Below are positions 26,990 to 37,367 of a stretch of DNA of 64,000 nucleotides, one piece after another (the first letter of the stretch is position 1; each line of letters opens with the position of its first letter). Source of the stretch: a virus (taxonomy: Duplodnaviria > Heunggongvirae > Uroviricota > Caudoviricetes); the IMG/VR virus record IMGVR_UViG_3300045988_004821. The stretch is one strand, 5' to 3'. The notes under the pieces were generated by a model. The model saw nothing but the letters and a program-made list of their open reading frames with translations. It searched no databases and was not told the DNA's origin. The translations under genes were made by a program, and so were the position numbers.

Positions 26990-29689
26990 TTAGTGTACTT
27001 CAAGCCAGCTTTTACCAACCTTACCAGTACCTGTTACAAGTGTTTCTTTCTTAAGACCTAAGTTCTTAGAAGCTTGTCCATAATACCAGTCAGTAACTGC
27101 TTTCACTTCTGCCGTCATACTCTCTGGACATTCCCAGCTTGTTTCATCGTGATATGCACAGAGTAAACGAGCACCAATAGCTGGTTGACGACCATTTAAC
27201 TTCATCAAACCTTCGTCAATCATACGACGACAAGCAAGGTTAATTGCCTCATTTTGAATCTGAGCCTCTGAACCCATCAAAAGATAGTTCAACAGCTTGT
27301 GTGGAGATTTACACCACAACCAAGCTCCAGCAACCTTTACAAATCCCCCTTTAGAGATTGCAGCAGTCTTACCAAACACCTCTTCAAGTGCCTTTTTAGT
27401 TGCTTTGTAGTCAGCTTCCAAGTTATCTAATAGTTTCTTAATCTTTGGCAAACGCACAAAGTAAGTCTGTTTAGTTAATGCACCTTCCTGAGTAGTGGCT
27501 GCCTTAATAGTTTTAGCAAACTTCTCATCACCTGCACCAAACAGTAGTGCATAGATACCATTCTTAGCTTTCTTACGACCTTTGCTAATCTCATGAAGAA
27601 GATTCTCATCCTGAGTAGCTCGACAAGTCAAGATGTCCTGCTCATCGTTCAAGCTAAAGTAGATACTGTTCAGTGTATGTGCATCAGTCCCTGAATAGAC
27701 AACGTACAGGTCATTCTCAGAGTCATAGCGAAGGTACTTATCAATCTCTGGGTTGAGGTACTCATCAAAATGTTTGCAGTAATAGCGTCCATCTTCTTGA
27801 CGAATGAACTCAATTTCCTCTTTACCTTGCGTTACCGCTTTGGTGAAGTCTTTATCACCCATAAAGTTACAAAGAAGAACTAGCTGGGCTGAGTTCATAT
27901 CTACAGAGACAACGTTAGTGCCTTCCTCACAAATCCACACTGCCCTCATTGGTTCCCCATAGACAGCAGCACCAGACGGTACGTTTACAATACCATATTG
28001 TGTCATACGTCCAGTTGAAGTACCAAACACCATTGCACCAGCACTAAGGCGACCATCTGGACGAATCTGGTTCAACCAGCCTTTTTCATCGTCCTTTGAG
28101 TTCTCAATAGTTCTGCGTCGGTGCATCAAAGTGTAGTATTTCGCAATCTTCTGTCCAAGCTCACCTTCAATCGTATCATAAGATGATTCAGTAAGTTTTG
28201 GTGAAGTACGGATTAAGCAAGGCTCAAGCAAATCTGTGTACTTCTTCACAGACCAGTTATGTTCAATGTACTGTACACCTTCATGTTCAACATAACTCAA
28301 ACCACACCGCTCAACCATTTCCTGCCACTTAGGATGTTTTGTAATCATCTTTTTATTGTCTTTGAAACGACAAACTTTGACAGGGCGACCATCAGAGTCT
28401 TTCTTGTAGTTCCAGTCATCTGGAATCCAACCAACTGATTTCAAGTAGTCTTTAACAACTGCTACCTGAGTCATACGAGAAACTTCAAACTCAATTGGTG
28501 TATATGGTGCATCAATCAAACCTGTGTAGCGACTTGACTCAAGTTCAAAGTGGTTAACAACGTGGCTGTTATAATACTTCACAGTCTTAACTGTTTTTAC
28601 TGGCTTCCAGTCTTTGCATTTCTTACCAATCTTTGCGTTCAACTCGTTGCAAATTGCACGAGCATCCTTCATTGCTACAAAACCTTCCTTGTACTCTTCA
28701 CCAGTTACAGAGTTGGTTGGTGTATAGCAATTTCTCTTTTCAATGTTAAAAATCTTTGTAGTTGGCTTACCAAATGGCTTGATTTCATATGTCTGCATCT
28801 CACCGTTACGTACCTGCTGACGGTACTTCGTCTTAGGGTACTTGGTAATTCTCTTCAGTCCATCTGCATGACCGAACGCTTCAACATACTCATTCCAAGC
28901 TTTTGCAAACTCTTCTCCAGTAACTTTACCTTTAGTCTTAATAGTTGGAGGAAGATGTGGTTCAACTTCTGAAGCAAGCTCATTAGTCAACTTGTCAAGT
29001 TCCTTCACATGGAACTCCATAAGCTCTTTATCAGCTTTCCAACCATTGATAGCTTGTTGACTCATCCAGAAAGATGTTTCTTTAGCTCGCATATAGGTTT
29101 CATAAGTGTCTATACCACACTTCTTTAACTTCAGGTATTCATTATCCAGTGCACGTTTAGTTTTGGCGTTAATACGGATATCTTCTACAACACGAGTGAA
29201 GATTTCTGCATTCCACACACCCCAATGTTCAATCTCTGGTTTACGTACACCAACACGAGCACCCCATGCTGCCAAGCCATGAGCACCTTTATAGCCTTTT
29301 GGAGTTGGTCTATCCATCCACTGAACACGAGATTGGATAAGAGAATCCTGAAAGAAATTACTCCACGGCTTACACTTTGGATTATCAAAGTTCCATAAAT
29401 CAGGTGCAATGTGATTGAAAACCCACCAGTCATAACCCAGACCATTATGGATGCAAAGTCGTTTCGCCTTTAGTGCAAACTCAATACCTTCACGCAAACC
29501 ACCCTTAATGTACTTGGTGTACTTGTGACCGAGGATAGGCTCATCTGTAAAAACCCATACAGGTGGCTCTTCATCATCAGATTTATAGTCTGCGAAAGCC
29601 ATTACGTGCACTTTAGTGAACTCAAGGAGTAAACCATCAGTTTCTGTATCACCAACTAAATGTAAGTTTTTAAAATCTACGTTTTCCAT
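26990..29689 (-). CDS. DNA polymerase, family A, with 3'-5' exonuclease domain
   Basis: N-terminal exo motif VGDTETDGL; about 900 aa; start set at MENVDFK with SD GAGGGA (track start 29719). Confidence 0.85.
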   Translation of the reverse strand: MENVDFKNLHLVGDTETDGLLLEFTKVHVMAFADYKSDDEEPPVWVFTDEPILGHKYTKYIKGGLREGIEFALKAKRLCIHNGLGYDWWVFNHIAPDLWNFDNPKCKPWSNFFQDSLIQSRVQWMDRPTPKGYKGAHGLAAWGARVGVRKPEIEHWGVWNAEIFTRVVEDIRINAKTKRALDNEYLKLKKCGIDTYETYMRAKETSFWMSQQAINGWKADKELMEFHVKELDKLTNELASEVEPHLPPTIKTKGKVTGEEFAKAWNEYVEAFGHADGLKRITKYPKTKYRQQVRNGEMQTYEIKPFGKPTTKIFNIEKRNCYTPTNSVTGEEYKEGFVAMKDARAICNELNAKIGKKCKDWKPVKTVKTVKYYNSHVVNHFELESSRYTGLIDAPYTPIEFEVSRMTQVAVVKDYLKSVGWIPDDWNYKKDSDGRPVKVCRFKDNKKMITKHPKWQEMVERCGLSYVEHEGVQYIEHNWSVKKYTDLLEPCLIRTSPKLTESSYDTIEGELGQKIAKYYTLMHRRRTIENSKDDEKGWLNQIRPDGRLSAGAMVFGTSTGRMTQYGIVNVPSGAAVYGEPMRAVWICEEGTNVVSVDMNSAQLVLLCNFMGDKDFTKAVTQGKEEIEFIRQEDGRYYCKHFDEYLNPEIDKYLRYDSENDLYVVYSGTDAHTLNSIYFSLNDEQDILTCRATQDENLLHEISKGRKKAKNGIYALLFGAGDEKFAKTIKAATTQEGALTKQTYFVRLPKIKKLLDNLEADYKATKKALEEVFGKTAAISKGGFVKVAGAWLWCKSPHKLLNYLLMGSEAQIQNEAINLACRRMIDEGLMKLNGRQPAIGARLLCAYHDETSWECPESMTAEVKAVTDWYYGQASKNLGLKKETLVTGTGKVGKSWLEVH

Positions 29690-29749
29690 TTTTACTCCCT
29701 CTAAAATCATTAACCTCATACATTACTGCAAAAAATTATAAAAAGCAAG

Positions 29750-29778
29750 TTGACAATGTACTTGACAAGGTGTTAATC
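29750..29778 (+). promoter_or_regulatory. possible sigma70-like promoter in divergent AT-rich intergenic region
   Basis: TTGACA with weak -10 (TTAATC/TAATCT); second TTGACAAGG copy at 29763. Confidence 0.25.
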
Positions 29779-29886
29779 TTTGCGAAGTGGGTTTTTACTT
29801 AAAAGGTTACTTAACAGTTTAACTATACAGATACTTTAAAACTCTTAAAAGATTATTTAATAGCTTTTAAAAAGCTTTAAAGTATA

Positions 29887-29901
29887 ACGTATAGAATACG
29901 T
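29887..29901. promoter_or_regulatory. palindrome ACGTAT-AGA-ATACGT in divergent AT-rich intergenic region (operator-like)
   Basis: Perfect 6-bp inverted repeat with 3-bp spacer between DNA polymerase (-) and first + strand gene. Confidence 0.3.
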
Positions 29902-29946
29902 TAAGATAAAAGATTAAAACTTAATAGTTACTTAAAAGAGGCTTAC

Positions 29947-30369
29947 ATGCAGAAAATGTTTGTTCACCCAGACATAGCTGACTTTGTTAGAGCTTTGCAG
30001 AAGTTGGAAGAACTTGACATTGCTGCTCAACGGGAATATGCTCACCATCACAGGAGAATGGTTGATATACAACATGAAATAGAGTTGTCTGAAAACTATG
30101 AAGATGACTTAAAATGCTCTGTATTTGAGCATATGAAAGATGTTGCTACAGCTAGACGTAAAGCTAAAGACACAGTTGCTTTACTAGATTCTCTTAAAAA
30201 GAGGTTGCAAAGTGGTACAGACCTGTGTAATCTAGCGTCACTGATTAATGATGTTGAAACTTCTTGGGATAGACATTACTATCCACGTTCTGAAAAGACA
30301 CTTGACTTTTCTTCATCCGAAAACTTAAAATGTTCTAGAAAGAAACTTAACCAACTGAGAGAGAAATAA
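29947..30369 (+). CDS. hypothetical protein
   Basis: 140-aa first ORF of + strand block after divergent AT-rich region. Confidence 0.35.
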   Translation: MQKMFVHPDIADFVRALQKLEELDIAAQREYAHHHRRMVDIQHEIELSENYEDDLKCSVFEHMKDVATARRKAKDTVALLDSLKKRLQSGTDLCNLASLINDVETSWDRHYYPRSEKTLDFSSSENLKCSRKKLNQLREK

Positions 30370-30370
30370 T

Positions 30371-31183
30371 ATGAATATCAATGTAGAACAAATGCTTGAA
30401 GAAAAAGGTATTGACGAAGCATTCTTAATCAATGCCGTAGAAAGCATGGCTATGATTCTTCGTGGAAACAACTATACAGAACAGTTTATGCCTGCAAGCT
30501 ATAACCTGCCTAAAGACAAGTCTGATAACGGTGCTTTTGCAGAACAGGTTAATATGATGCTGTGTGACAAAACACTTGCTTTAGCATCTATTGTTGTAGG
30601 TGTTGATGCTCTTGCAGAGTTCATTTTTTATGAGATGCAGAAAAATGACTATATTGCCATGACCTCTGAAGAAAAAGACTCGCTACTGCTCTTAGGTTAT
30701 GATGAGCTAGTTAACCTATTAATTTCGTCAACGAGTGCTGTTATGGCTGCTCTTGAGAAGCGCATGGAAGAGAAGCTTTCACGATATGAAAAACTTGATT
30801 GGGGTGTAGAGGAATTAAACCCACGAATCAAAGAGATTATCCAGCAAACCAAAGATTCTTTGGAAGAAGCTGTAAAAAATGATTCTGTAGCTGACATAGA
30901 GCCACTTCAGGTGAAAGTTGCATTGATGATTCCAGCCATCTCCACGATGATGAATATCGTTGCACTAATCCAGCTTTCACAGATGATGGGCACAAGCATT
31001 GAGTTCATTGAGAGTATGACTGGTGGTGTGAGTATGCAAGCAATCAATGATGTTCTGGTGAGTATTGGTGCTTCAATCATTGAAGAGAAGCTGCGCATTA
31101 ACTTTGGTGATGATTTTGTGAAGCAAATCTCAGCTATGGCTGAAAAAGAGTATTCACAGACTAATACTGACCAACTGCACTAA
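30371..31183 (+). CDS. hypothetical protein
   Basis: 270-aa ORF, followed by terminator-like hairpin. Confidence 0.35.
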   Translation: MNINVEQMLEEKGIDEAFLINAVESMAMILRGNNYTEQFMPASYNLPKDKSDNGAFAEQVNMMLCDKTLALASIVVGVDALAEFIFYEMQKNDYIAMTSEEKDSLLLLGYDELVNLLISSTSAVMAALEKRMEEKLSRYEKLDWGVEELNPRIKEIIQQTKDSLEEAVKNDSVADIEPLQVKVALMIPAISTMMNIVALIQLSQMMGTSIEFIESMTGGVSMQAINDVLVSIGASIIEEKLRINFGDDFVKQISAMAEKEYSQTNTDQLH

Positions 31184-31200
31184 GTCTTTATAAACCTTAC

Positions 31201-31225
31201 AAGCCTCCTTAGTTGGGGGCTTTTT
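31201..31225 (+). terminator. rho-independent terminator
   Basis: AAGCCTCC-TTAGTT-GGGGGCTT (one G-U wobble) followed by TTTTT. Confidence 0.5.
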
Positions 31226-31244
31226 AGTAATTAAGGGAGATAGA

Positions 31245-31988
31245 ATGAGTAATATTATCGCATTTACTGGAAAGGCACGTTCTGGAAAAGACACCTCATG
31301 TTCTATTGTTAAGAATATCCTAGAAGATGAGTATGGCTACAATGTTGCAGTAATGGCCTATGCAGACAACCTTAAACTCTCTGCATCAAGGATATTTGAC
31401 TTGACTTGGAATGACCTGTACGGTGAAACTAAAGAGACTCCACAGGTTTTTGATTTATCATACTCTGAACTGATGTTCAAGGTCACAGAAGCTATGGAGT
31501 TTACCTTCAGAGGCGAACGTTATCATACGGACTTCAAACTCATGTCAGAGTTAACCGGACGATTAATTATGGAACTAAAGAAGGTTGCTAAACCGACTCT
31601 ATTAACACGTCTGGGATTTAGTAAAAAGTATAAATTTTCATCAAGACAGATTCAACAGATTTGGGGTACTGAAGTTATCCGTAAAGTTATGGGTGACAAA
31701 TTCTGGGCTAAAGACCTCGAAAAACGAATGGTAAATTTCTTTGACGTTTGCTCACTTAAGAATCAGGACGGTGTTGTTTTAATCAGTGACTTAAGGTTTG
31801 ACTCTGAAGCTGAGTGGCTGAGCAGATTTGCACACCAAACTATTGAAGTAAAAAGAGACAATGTGGATAAGGTTTCGTCACATGTTTCAGAAAATGGGAT
31901 TTCTACCAAATATGCGCGTGACATTATTCATAATAATGGTACTCTTGCAGACCTTGAAAGCAAGTTAAGAGCTATCCTGAAAATTTAA
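31245..31988 (+). CDS. deoxynucleoside monophosphate kinase
   Basis: N-terminal P-loop IIAFTGKARSGKDT closely resembles T4 gp1 dNMP kinase (LIFLSGVKRSGKDT). Confidence 0.7.
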   Translation: MSNIIAFTGKARSGKDTSCSIVKNILEDEYGYNVAVMAYADNLKLSASRIFDLTWNDLYGETKETPQVFDLSYSELMFKVTEAMEFTFRGERYHTDFKLMSELTGRLIMELKKVAKPTLLTRLGFSKKYKFSSRQIQQIWGTEVIRKVMGDKFWAKDLEKRMVNFFDVCSLKNQDGVVLISDLRFDSEAEWLSRFAHQTIEVKRDNVDKVSSHVSENGISTKYARDIIHNNGTLADLESKLRAILKI

Positions 31989-31996
31989 AAGAGAGA

Positions 31997-32197
31997 ATGA
32001 AGATGAGAGTAAAAGATAATTTTAAAGTTATTGACCATCGTTTAGTGGAACTCTCATCTCTTTCCAATGAGGTAATGATTGAACGTCTTAAGAGAGTTGA
32101 ATCACGAAGGAAAGAGATTGCAGATGAGATTCATGAACTGGACAAGATTGAAAATGGATTGAAGGCAGAACTACAACGAAGAGGTGCTAATGTCTAA
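31997..32197 (+). CDS. hypothetical small coiled-coil protein
   Basis: 66-aa ORF overlapping start of primase-helicase. Confidence 0.3.
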   Translation: MKMRVKDNFKVIDHRLVELSSLSNEVMIERLKRVESRRKEIADEIHELDKIENGLKAELQRRGANV

Positions 32198-34175
32198 AGG
32201 TCGTAAATTGAAAGAGGCTGGTCAGTTTGTTGGTCATTGTGCATGTCCACGTTGTGGTTCATCAGATGCTGGTTCAATCTACCATCACGACGATGATTCT
32301 TATTCAATGACTTGCTTTAGTTGTAATAAAGGTTTCCCAGAGTGGGATTTTGATAAAGGACAAATTGTGAGCACTTATTCTACTGGTTCAGATAATAAAA
32401 ACCGTACTTTCCGTGGAATGGATTTAGACGATGTAAAAGAAAACCTTGAAGCAATGGACTTGAAAGACAGGAAGATTCCTGCAAAAGTTCTTGAACGCTT
32501 AGGTATCAAGGTTGACATTGACAGTGATGGTGAAATTGATGCACATTTCTATCCGACTTACAAACGTAATGAAGATGGCAAACTAGAACATGTTGGCTAC
32601 CGTGTTCGTCACCGTTACCCAGAGGACCATCCAAAAGAACACCTACGTGGTAAGCTAAAAGACTTTTCAGGTGGTGTTGGAGACATTAAAGGTGAACTGG
32701 CAATGTTCGGTTCATGGATTGCTCCAGAAGGTGGCAACCGTCTATTCATCTGGGAAGGTGAGATGGAATGTGCTACGGCAATCTACATGACTTCTCTGGC
32801 AATTAAAGATAAGTCTCGTCGTAAGAACTACTGTCACGTATCTGTTCCATCAGGTGCAAACATTAAGTCTATCAAAGACAACTATCAGTACATTACATCA
32901 TTTGATGAGATTTACTTGTGCTTTGATAACGATGAAGCAGGTGCTAAAGCAACAAAAGAGGCTGCTGGCATCCTACCTATTGAGAAGGTTCGTTTATTCC
33001 AGTATCCAGAAGGTGTAAAAGACCTTAATGAATGGTGGACAAAGTTCTATAAAGAGAAAGATACAGTTCTGGAAGGGTTTAAGCAGCGTATCTACAATGC
33101 ACCTCGTTACTGCCCTGCTGGTATCAAGAACTTTGCAGACGGTTTTGAGGCAATGAAGAATCGTGGTCAGATTCCATTGATTCCTTTTCCAGAATCTTTC
33201 GGAGACTTGAACAGGCTAACTTACGGTGGTTACGGTTTAGGTGAGATTACGACTATTGCAGCACCATCTTCAGTAGGTAAGTCAGCTTACACTCGTGAGA
33301 TGATTTATTCAGCTTGGAAAGAAACTGATTATAATATCGGTGTAATTCCTGTAGAAGATACCTATGAAGAGTTGATGGAAATGCTCTGTGCAATCCACCT
33401 GAGCAAACAGATTTCTGAGATTCCTTATGATGAACGGGATTGGGATGAATTAAAGGGAGCACACGCAGAGCTTTCAAAAGGTCGTCGCATCCATATCGTT
33501 GACCATCAAGGGGCGATTGACCAAGATAACCTGCTGGAGTTTGTTGACTATCTTGTTAACAGTTTAGACTGTAAGATTATTATTCTTGACCCTATTACAT
33601 TGGCTCTGTCACGTTCTGATACGGATGAAGAGGAAGTCTTGTCTGAACTATTGCGTCGTTGCAAACGCTACCAGTATGCACAGGTAAACGTTTGTCACGT
33701 TCGTAAGAGTGCAGGTGGTCAGAAAGCTAACTCTGAAGGTGGAGATATCTCTGAAGAGGATATTAAGGGTTCTGGTGCGTATTTCCAGATTTCCATGAAC
33801 AACATTCTGTTAATGCGTAACAAGGTTGACCCAGACCCTGTTAAGAAAAACTTGACAAAAATCAAGTTAACTAAGTGTCGTCGTCATGGTAAGTCAACAG
33901 GTATTGCTGGTCATACTTGGTACAATCCAGACACAGGACGTCTTATCAAAGCTTCTGGATGTGGTGTTGACATTGATGGTGCAGCAGAAAATATTCGTCA
34001 ACAGTTTGGTATTGGTGAAGCTGAAGACCATTATGACGACTCTTTACCTCATTATGAGGATGAAGTGTTTGACCGTGAGACTGGTGAAGTCTATACTGAA
34101 GAACAGCGTCAAAGCTCAACGATTCCACCTGTATTAAGTGAGGATGCAGATGACTGCCCGTTTGAAACTGAGTGA
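32184..34175 (+). CDS. DNA primase-helicase (T7 gp4-like)
   Basis: N-terminal zinc finger CACPRCG...CFSCNKG, central primase region, C-terminal Walker A SSVGKSAY. Confidence 0.85.
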   Translation: MLMSKGRKLKEAGQFVGHCACPRCGSSDAGSIYHHDDDSYSMTCFSCNKGFPEWDFDKGQIVSTYSTGSDNKNRTFRGMDLDDVKENLEAMDLKDRKIPAKVLERLGIKVDIDSDGEIDAHFYPTYKRNEDGKLEHVGYRVRHRYPEDHPKEHLRGKLKDFSGGVGDIKGELAMFGSWIAPEGGNRLFIWEGEMECATAIYMTSLAIKDKSRRKNYCHVSVPSGANIKSIKDNYQYITSFDEIYLCFDNDEAGAKATKEAAGILPIEKVRLFQYPEGVKDLNEWWTKFYKEKDTVLEGFKQRIYNAPRYCPAGIKNFADGFEAMKNRGQIPLIPFPESFGDLNRLTYGGYGLGEITTIAAPSSVGKSAYTREMIYSAWKETDYNIGVIPVEDTYEELMEMLCAIHLSKQISEIPYDERDWDELKGAHAELSKGRRIHIVDHQGAIDQDNLLEFVDYLVNSLDCKIIILDPITLALSRSDTDEEEVLSELLRRCKRYQYAQVNVCHVRKSAGGQKANSEGGDISEEDIKGSGAYFQISMNNILLMRNKVDPDPVKKNLTKIKLTKCRRHGKSTGIAGHTWYNPDTGRLIKASGCGVDIDGAAENIRQQFGIGEAEDHYDDSLPHYEDEVFDRETGEVYTEEQRQSSTIPPVLSEDADDCPFETE

Positions 34176-34584
34176 TAGTTACAAAAGAGAGGGGTTCATA
34201 CCCTTCTTTGAAGAAAAAAGTTTAAATGAATTTCAGGAAGAGTGTTTGACAAAGGTTGATAGGTTCTATAGAATGCTCTACATGAAATGTGATGGAGGCG
34301 TTGAGGTAGAAGAAAAGTTCCATCACAGTATGATAACAGTCACTATTACTATACCTCGACATAATATTGGTTGGCTGTTTATAATTAAAGAAAATGTGTT
34401 TGAATATCAAGTATATCGGAGAATATCATGAAACACTCTAAAGCATTTGAACAAGTTTTTGGGGATTCCTTAAAAGCCACTGCTGGTAAACCAGCAAAAT
34501 ACTATGAAGAGAAGCGTGTAAGAACTGGAAAAACTGCACGTAAAGCAGCTTCTAAAGATAAGCACAACTTCCAGTAATTAATGT

Positions 34585-34613
34585 TTGACAATAGAGTATC
34601 AACAAATTAGAAT
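34585..34613 (+). promoter_or_regulatory. strong sigma70-like promoter upstream of SSB-like gene
   Basis: TTGACA-17 bp-TAGAAT. Confidence 0.55.
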
Positions 34614-34649
34614 TGGTACTCTTCATAAATTGAGATAGAGGTTTAAATA

Positions 34650-35507
34650 ATGTCTAAAGTTGTTAAAATGAAAGCTCCGGTAGAGAAGTACAATGGTACT
34701 GAACGTCAAACTCTGCGTTACCTTCTGAAAGATGTTTGGTTTTATTACCTGAACACTTCACCACGTCCGGGTAAAGGTAAATCTATTGACAAGAAATTCC
34801 CAGGAAAAGATTGTAACTACAGCGTATCAATTCTGGCAGAAGACGGTAACAAACTCTTTAAAGAGTTTACTAAGTCTAAGAAGAACCCAGAAGGTTGGGA
34901 TAAAGTTACTACTGAAGCAGTTGATGCAGATGACTTCGAAGAGAAGTTTGGTTGTAAACCACCTTTTGAAGCAGACACTTACTACATCTTGAAAGTAAGT
35001 CGTGCAGCAGCTTATAAAGATGGTGCTGTATGGACAGCTAAACAGTCATTCCCTGTAATGCTGATTGAAGAAGTAAATGGTAAGCGTGTAGCTGTTAAAC
35101 AGCCGATGAAGAAAATCAAAGCTCAAGCATCCGATAAGCATGAAGATGACAAGAACTATGATGTAATTCATCCAGATATTGCAGTTGGTAACGGTTCTTT
35201 TGGTAGTGTGATTCTTTCTACTCACTTCTACACTTTTGAGAACAATGTTCTGACAAAACCTATTCAGGAACAGTTTATCATTGATACTCTTGTACCTTAC
35301 ACTGGTGGTAACGGTGCTAACGGTGAACCTGAACTGGATGAAGACGAACTGGCTATGCTTGGTCTTGATGGTGTTGAAGATAATGGTGAAATCACTGAAG
35401 AAGACGCAACAGACCACAAACCTTCGAACAATTCTGATGATGGTGACGATGAAGACTTGCCAGACCCAGATGACGAAGAAGATGAAGACTTCGATACAGA
35501 AGACTAA
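34650..35507 (+). CDS. putative single-stranded DNA-binding protein
   Basis: Very acidic C-terminal tail (DDGDDEDLPDPDDEEDEDFDTED); strong sigma70-like promoter upstream, terminator downstream. Confidence 0.45.
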   Translation: MSKVVKMKAPVEKYNGTERQTLRYLLKDVWFYYLNTSPRPGKGKSIDKKFPGKDCNYSVSILAEDGNKLFKEFTKSKKNPEGWDKVTTEAVDADDFEEKFGCKPPFEADTYYILKVSRAAAYKDGAVWTAKQSFPVMLIEEVNGKRVAVKQPMKKIKAQASDKHEDDKNYDVIHPDIAVGNGSFGSVILSTHFYTFENNVLTKPIQEQFIIDTLVPYTGGNGANGEPELDEDELAMLGLDGVEDNGEITEEDATDHKPSNNSDDGDDEDLPDPDDEEDEDFDTED

Positions 35508-35524
35508 TCTCTAAAAGTTACTTT

Positions 35525-35553
35525 AAAGCCCTGTACTTAGTATGGGGCTTTTT
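35525..35553 (+). terminator. rho-independent terminator after SSB-like gene
   Basis: AGCCC...GGGCT stem followed by TTTTT. Confidence 0.45.
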
Positions 35554-35569
35554 CATATGGAGAGTCACA

Positions 35570-36610
35570 ATGGAGAAGTATACACTAACAAAACTTCCCG
35601 ATTCAGTTACACATGTCTTTATTGACTCTGATAGCATTGCCTATAAAGGTGCTTGTGTAGTTGAGAAAGCAAAATATAAATATGTCAATAAACTCACAGC
35701 AGAAGAATCTGAACCATTTGATAATGCAAAAGATGCTGCAAGATGGTTAGCAGACCAGAGAATCCTTGTGGAAGAGCTTGGCCTGACATTTGATGAAGAT
35801 GAATGGGAAAGACAGACTTGGAAAGAAGCTAAGAGTGAAAAAGAAGCTATCATGGCTACTCAGCAGGTTCTTCAGGAATGGCTTAAGGTTGTTGGTAAAG
35901 AAAGAACTTGGGTAGGCTACTTAACAGAGAAGGGTGTACATAAACATAAAGACATTAAAGGTCTTGAGCACCAATATCAAGGTAACCGTAAAGATGCTGT
36001 CACACCAACACACTTAGTTGCTTGTCGTGAATATCTTCTGTCAAGACCAGAGTTCAAGCTCTTAAAGGGAGGCTTCGAAGCCGATTCCATCGTAATTGCT
36101 AAAGCTGAAAAGATGGGTAAGAAGGCTGCTCTTATGAGTATTGATAAAGACCTTCGACAAGCTGAAGGGACTTATTGTATTGATATGACTTATGAAAAGT
36201 CACCACTAATTTTTATTGCTGATAATAATGTTGGTGATATCTGGGATTGTCCTATCAAATCAAAACCAAAAGCTGCAAAAACAGTTGGTGTAGGTTTTAA
36301 ATTTTTGTGTTATCAGGCTGTTGCTGGAGATAATGCAGACAACTACTTCGGCCTTAAAGGTGCTGGCAAAGTAGCTGTGATGAATGCTTTAGATGGTAAA
36401 GAGACCTATAAAGAGTGTCTTGATGCTATCTATGAACTCTATGCTAAAAAAGAGTCTTACACCTATGTGTCATGGGATGGACAGACTGTTACCAAAACAC
36501 CATTAGAGTTAATGGAACAACATTTCTGGGTAGCATATCAAGAGAGAAATCCAAAAGATAATTTCTCTTTTAAGAAATATAATTGGGAGCCGTGTATGAA
36601 TGAAGATTAA
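35570..36610 (+). CDS. 5'-3' exonuclease / flap endonuclease
   Basis: Motifs FIDSDSIAYK, YQGNRK, EADSIVIA, helix-3-turn-helix GDNADNYFGLKGAGKV as in T5 D15 / T4 RNase H. Confidence 0.7.
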   Translation: MEKYTLTKLPDSVTHVFIDSDSIAYKGACVVEKAKYKYVNKLTAEESEPFDNAKDAARWLADQRILVEELGLTFDEDEWERQTWKEAKSEKEAIMATQQVLQEWLKVVGKERTWVGYLTEKGVHKHKDIKGLEHQYQGNRKDAVTPTHLVACREYLLSRPEFKLLKGGFEADSIVIAKAEKMGKKAALMSIDKDLRQAEGTYCIDMTYEKSPLIFIADNNVGDIWDCPIKSKPKAAKTVGVGFKFLCYQAVAGDNADNYFGLKGAGKVAVMNALDGKETYKECLDAIYELYAKKESYTYVSWDGQTVTKTPLELMEQHFWVAYQERNPKDNFSFKKYNWEPCMNED

Positions 36611-37097
36611 AGGATTTGGCAATTGCCCCACCTATGGTCATTGGGTATCTTTGTGTGGGGAAGTTGACCCCACTAAACATTTTGGCTTTGTCTATTTAGT
36701 ATACTGTAAGAAAACCGGACAATATTATATCGGAAAGAAACAGCTTAATAGTGTGACCAAAAGAAAAGTTGCTGGCAAGACTCGGAAGAAGGTAGTCACT
36801 AAGGAAAGTGATTGGATGACTTATGAGACTTCTTCTGAGTATATTAAAAAAGATATTGAGAGCTTTGGAAAAGAATTTTTTGACTTTTATATTATTCAAA
36901 CCTACCACACAAAAGGTGGTCTAGTTTATGGTGAAGCAAACCTTCAACATAAATTCGATGTAATGACAAAAAGGATTGACTCTAAGCTCAGACTCTTCTA
37001 CAATGCCAATATTGCAGCAATTAAGTTTATTACTAAAGAAACTTATGAAGATGCTGAAAAAAGAATCCATAAGGTAATGAAAGCAAACTGTGCTTGA
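36600..37097 (+). CDS. putative GIY-YIG domain nuclease
   Basis: N-terminal FVYLVYCKKTGQYYIGKK resembles the GIY-(10)-YIG motif. Confidence 0.35.
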   Translation: MKIKGFGNCPTYGHWVSLCGEVDPTKHFGFVYLVYCKKTGQYYIGKKQLNSVTKRKVAGKTRKKVVTKESDWMTYETSSEYIKKDIESFGKEFFDFYIIQTYHTKGGLVYGEANLQHKFDVMTKRIDSKLRLFYNANIAAIKFITKETYEDAEKRIHKVMKANCA

Positions 37098-37103
37098 TAA
37101 CTA

Positions 37104-37367
37104 TTGAGAGAGAATAAAATGTTTAACAAAAGTAAAGCTGTGAGTCATGTAGCAAAAGTTGACAGCAAGATTGAAGAACTTGAGCGCATTCTTGCAAATG
37201 CCAGAGAGTCAATAATTAAAGAGGTTGAAGCTGTTGAATCTCAAATGCAGCACCTAATGCTTAAACGTCAAGAGCTACGTGAGCATCTGGAATATATTGA
37301 AACACGAGAGCTAAAGGTTAACAGATATTTTAAGGAGTCAGAATGTTTAACTCAAGAGAATCAGTAA
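37104..37367 (+). CDS. hypothetical coiled-coil protein
   Basis: 87-aa ORF. Confidence 0.3.
   Translation: MRENKMFNKSKAVSHVAKVDSKIEELERILANARESIIKEVEAVESQMQHLMLKRQELREHLEYIETRELKVNRYFKESECLTQENQ

Noticed and set aside
28550-28972. 140-aa + strand ORF inside the DNA polymerase gene
   Set aside because: Antisense to a well-supported polymerase coding sequence.
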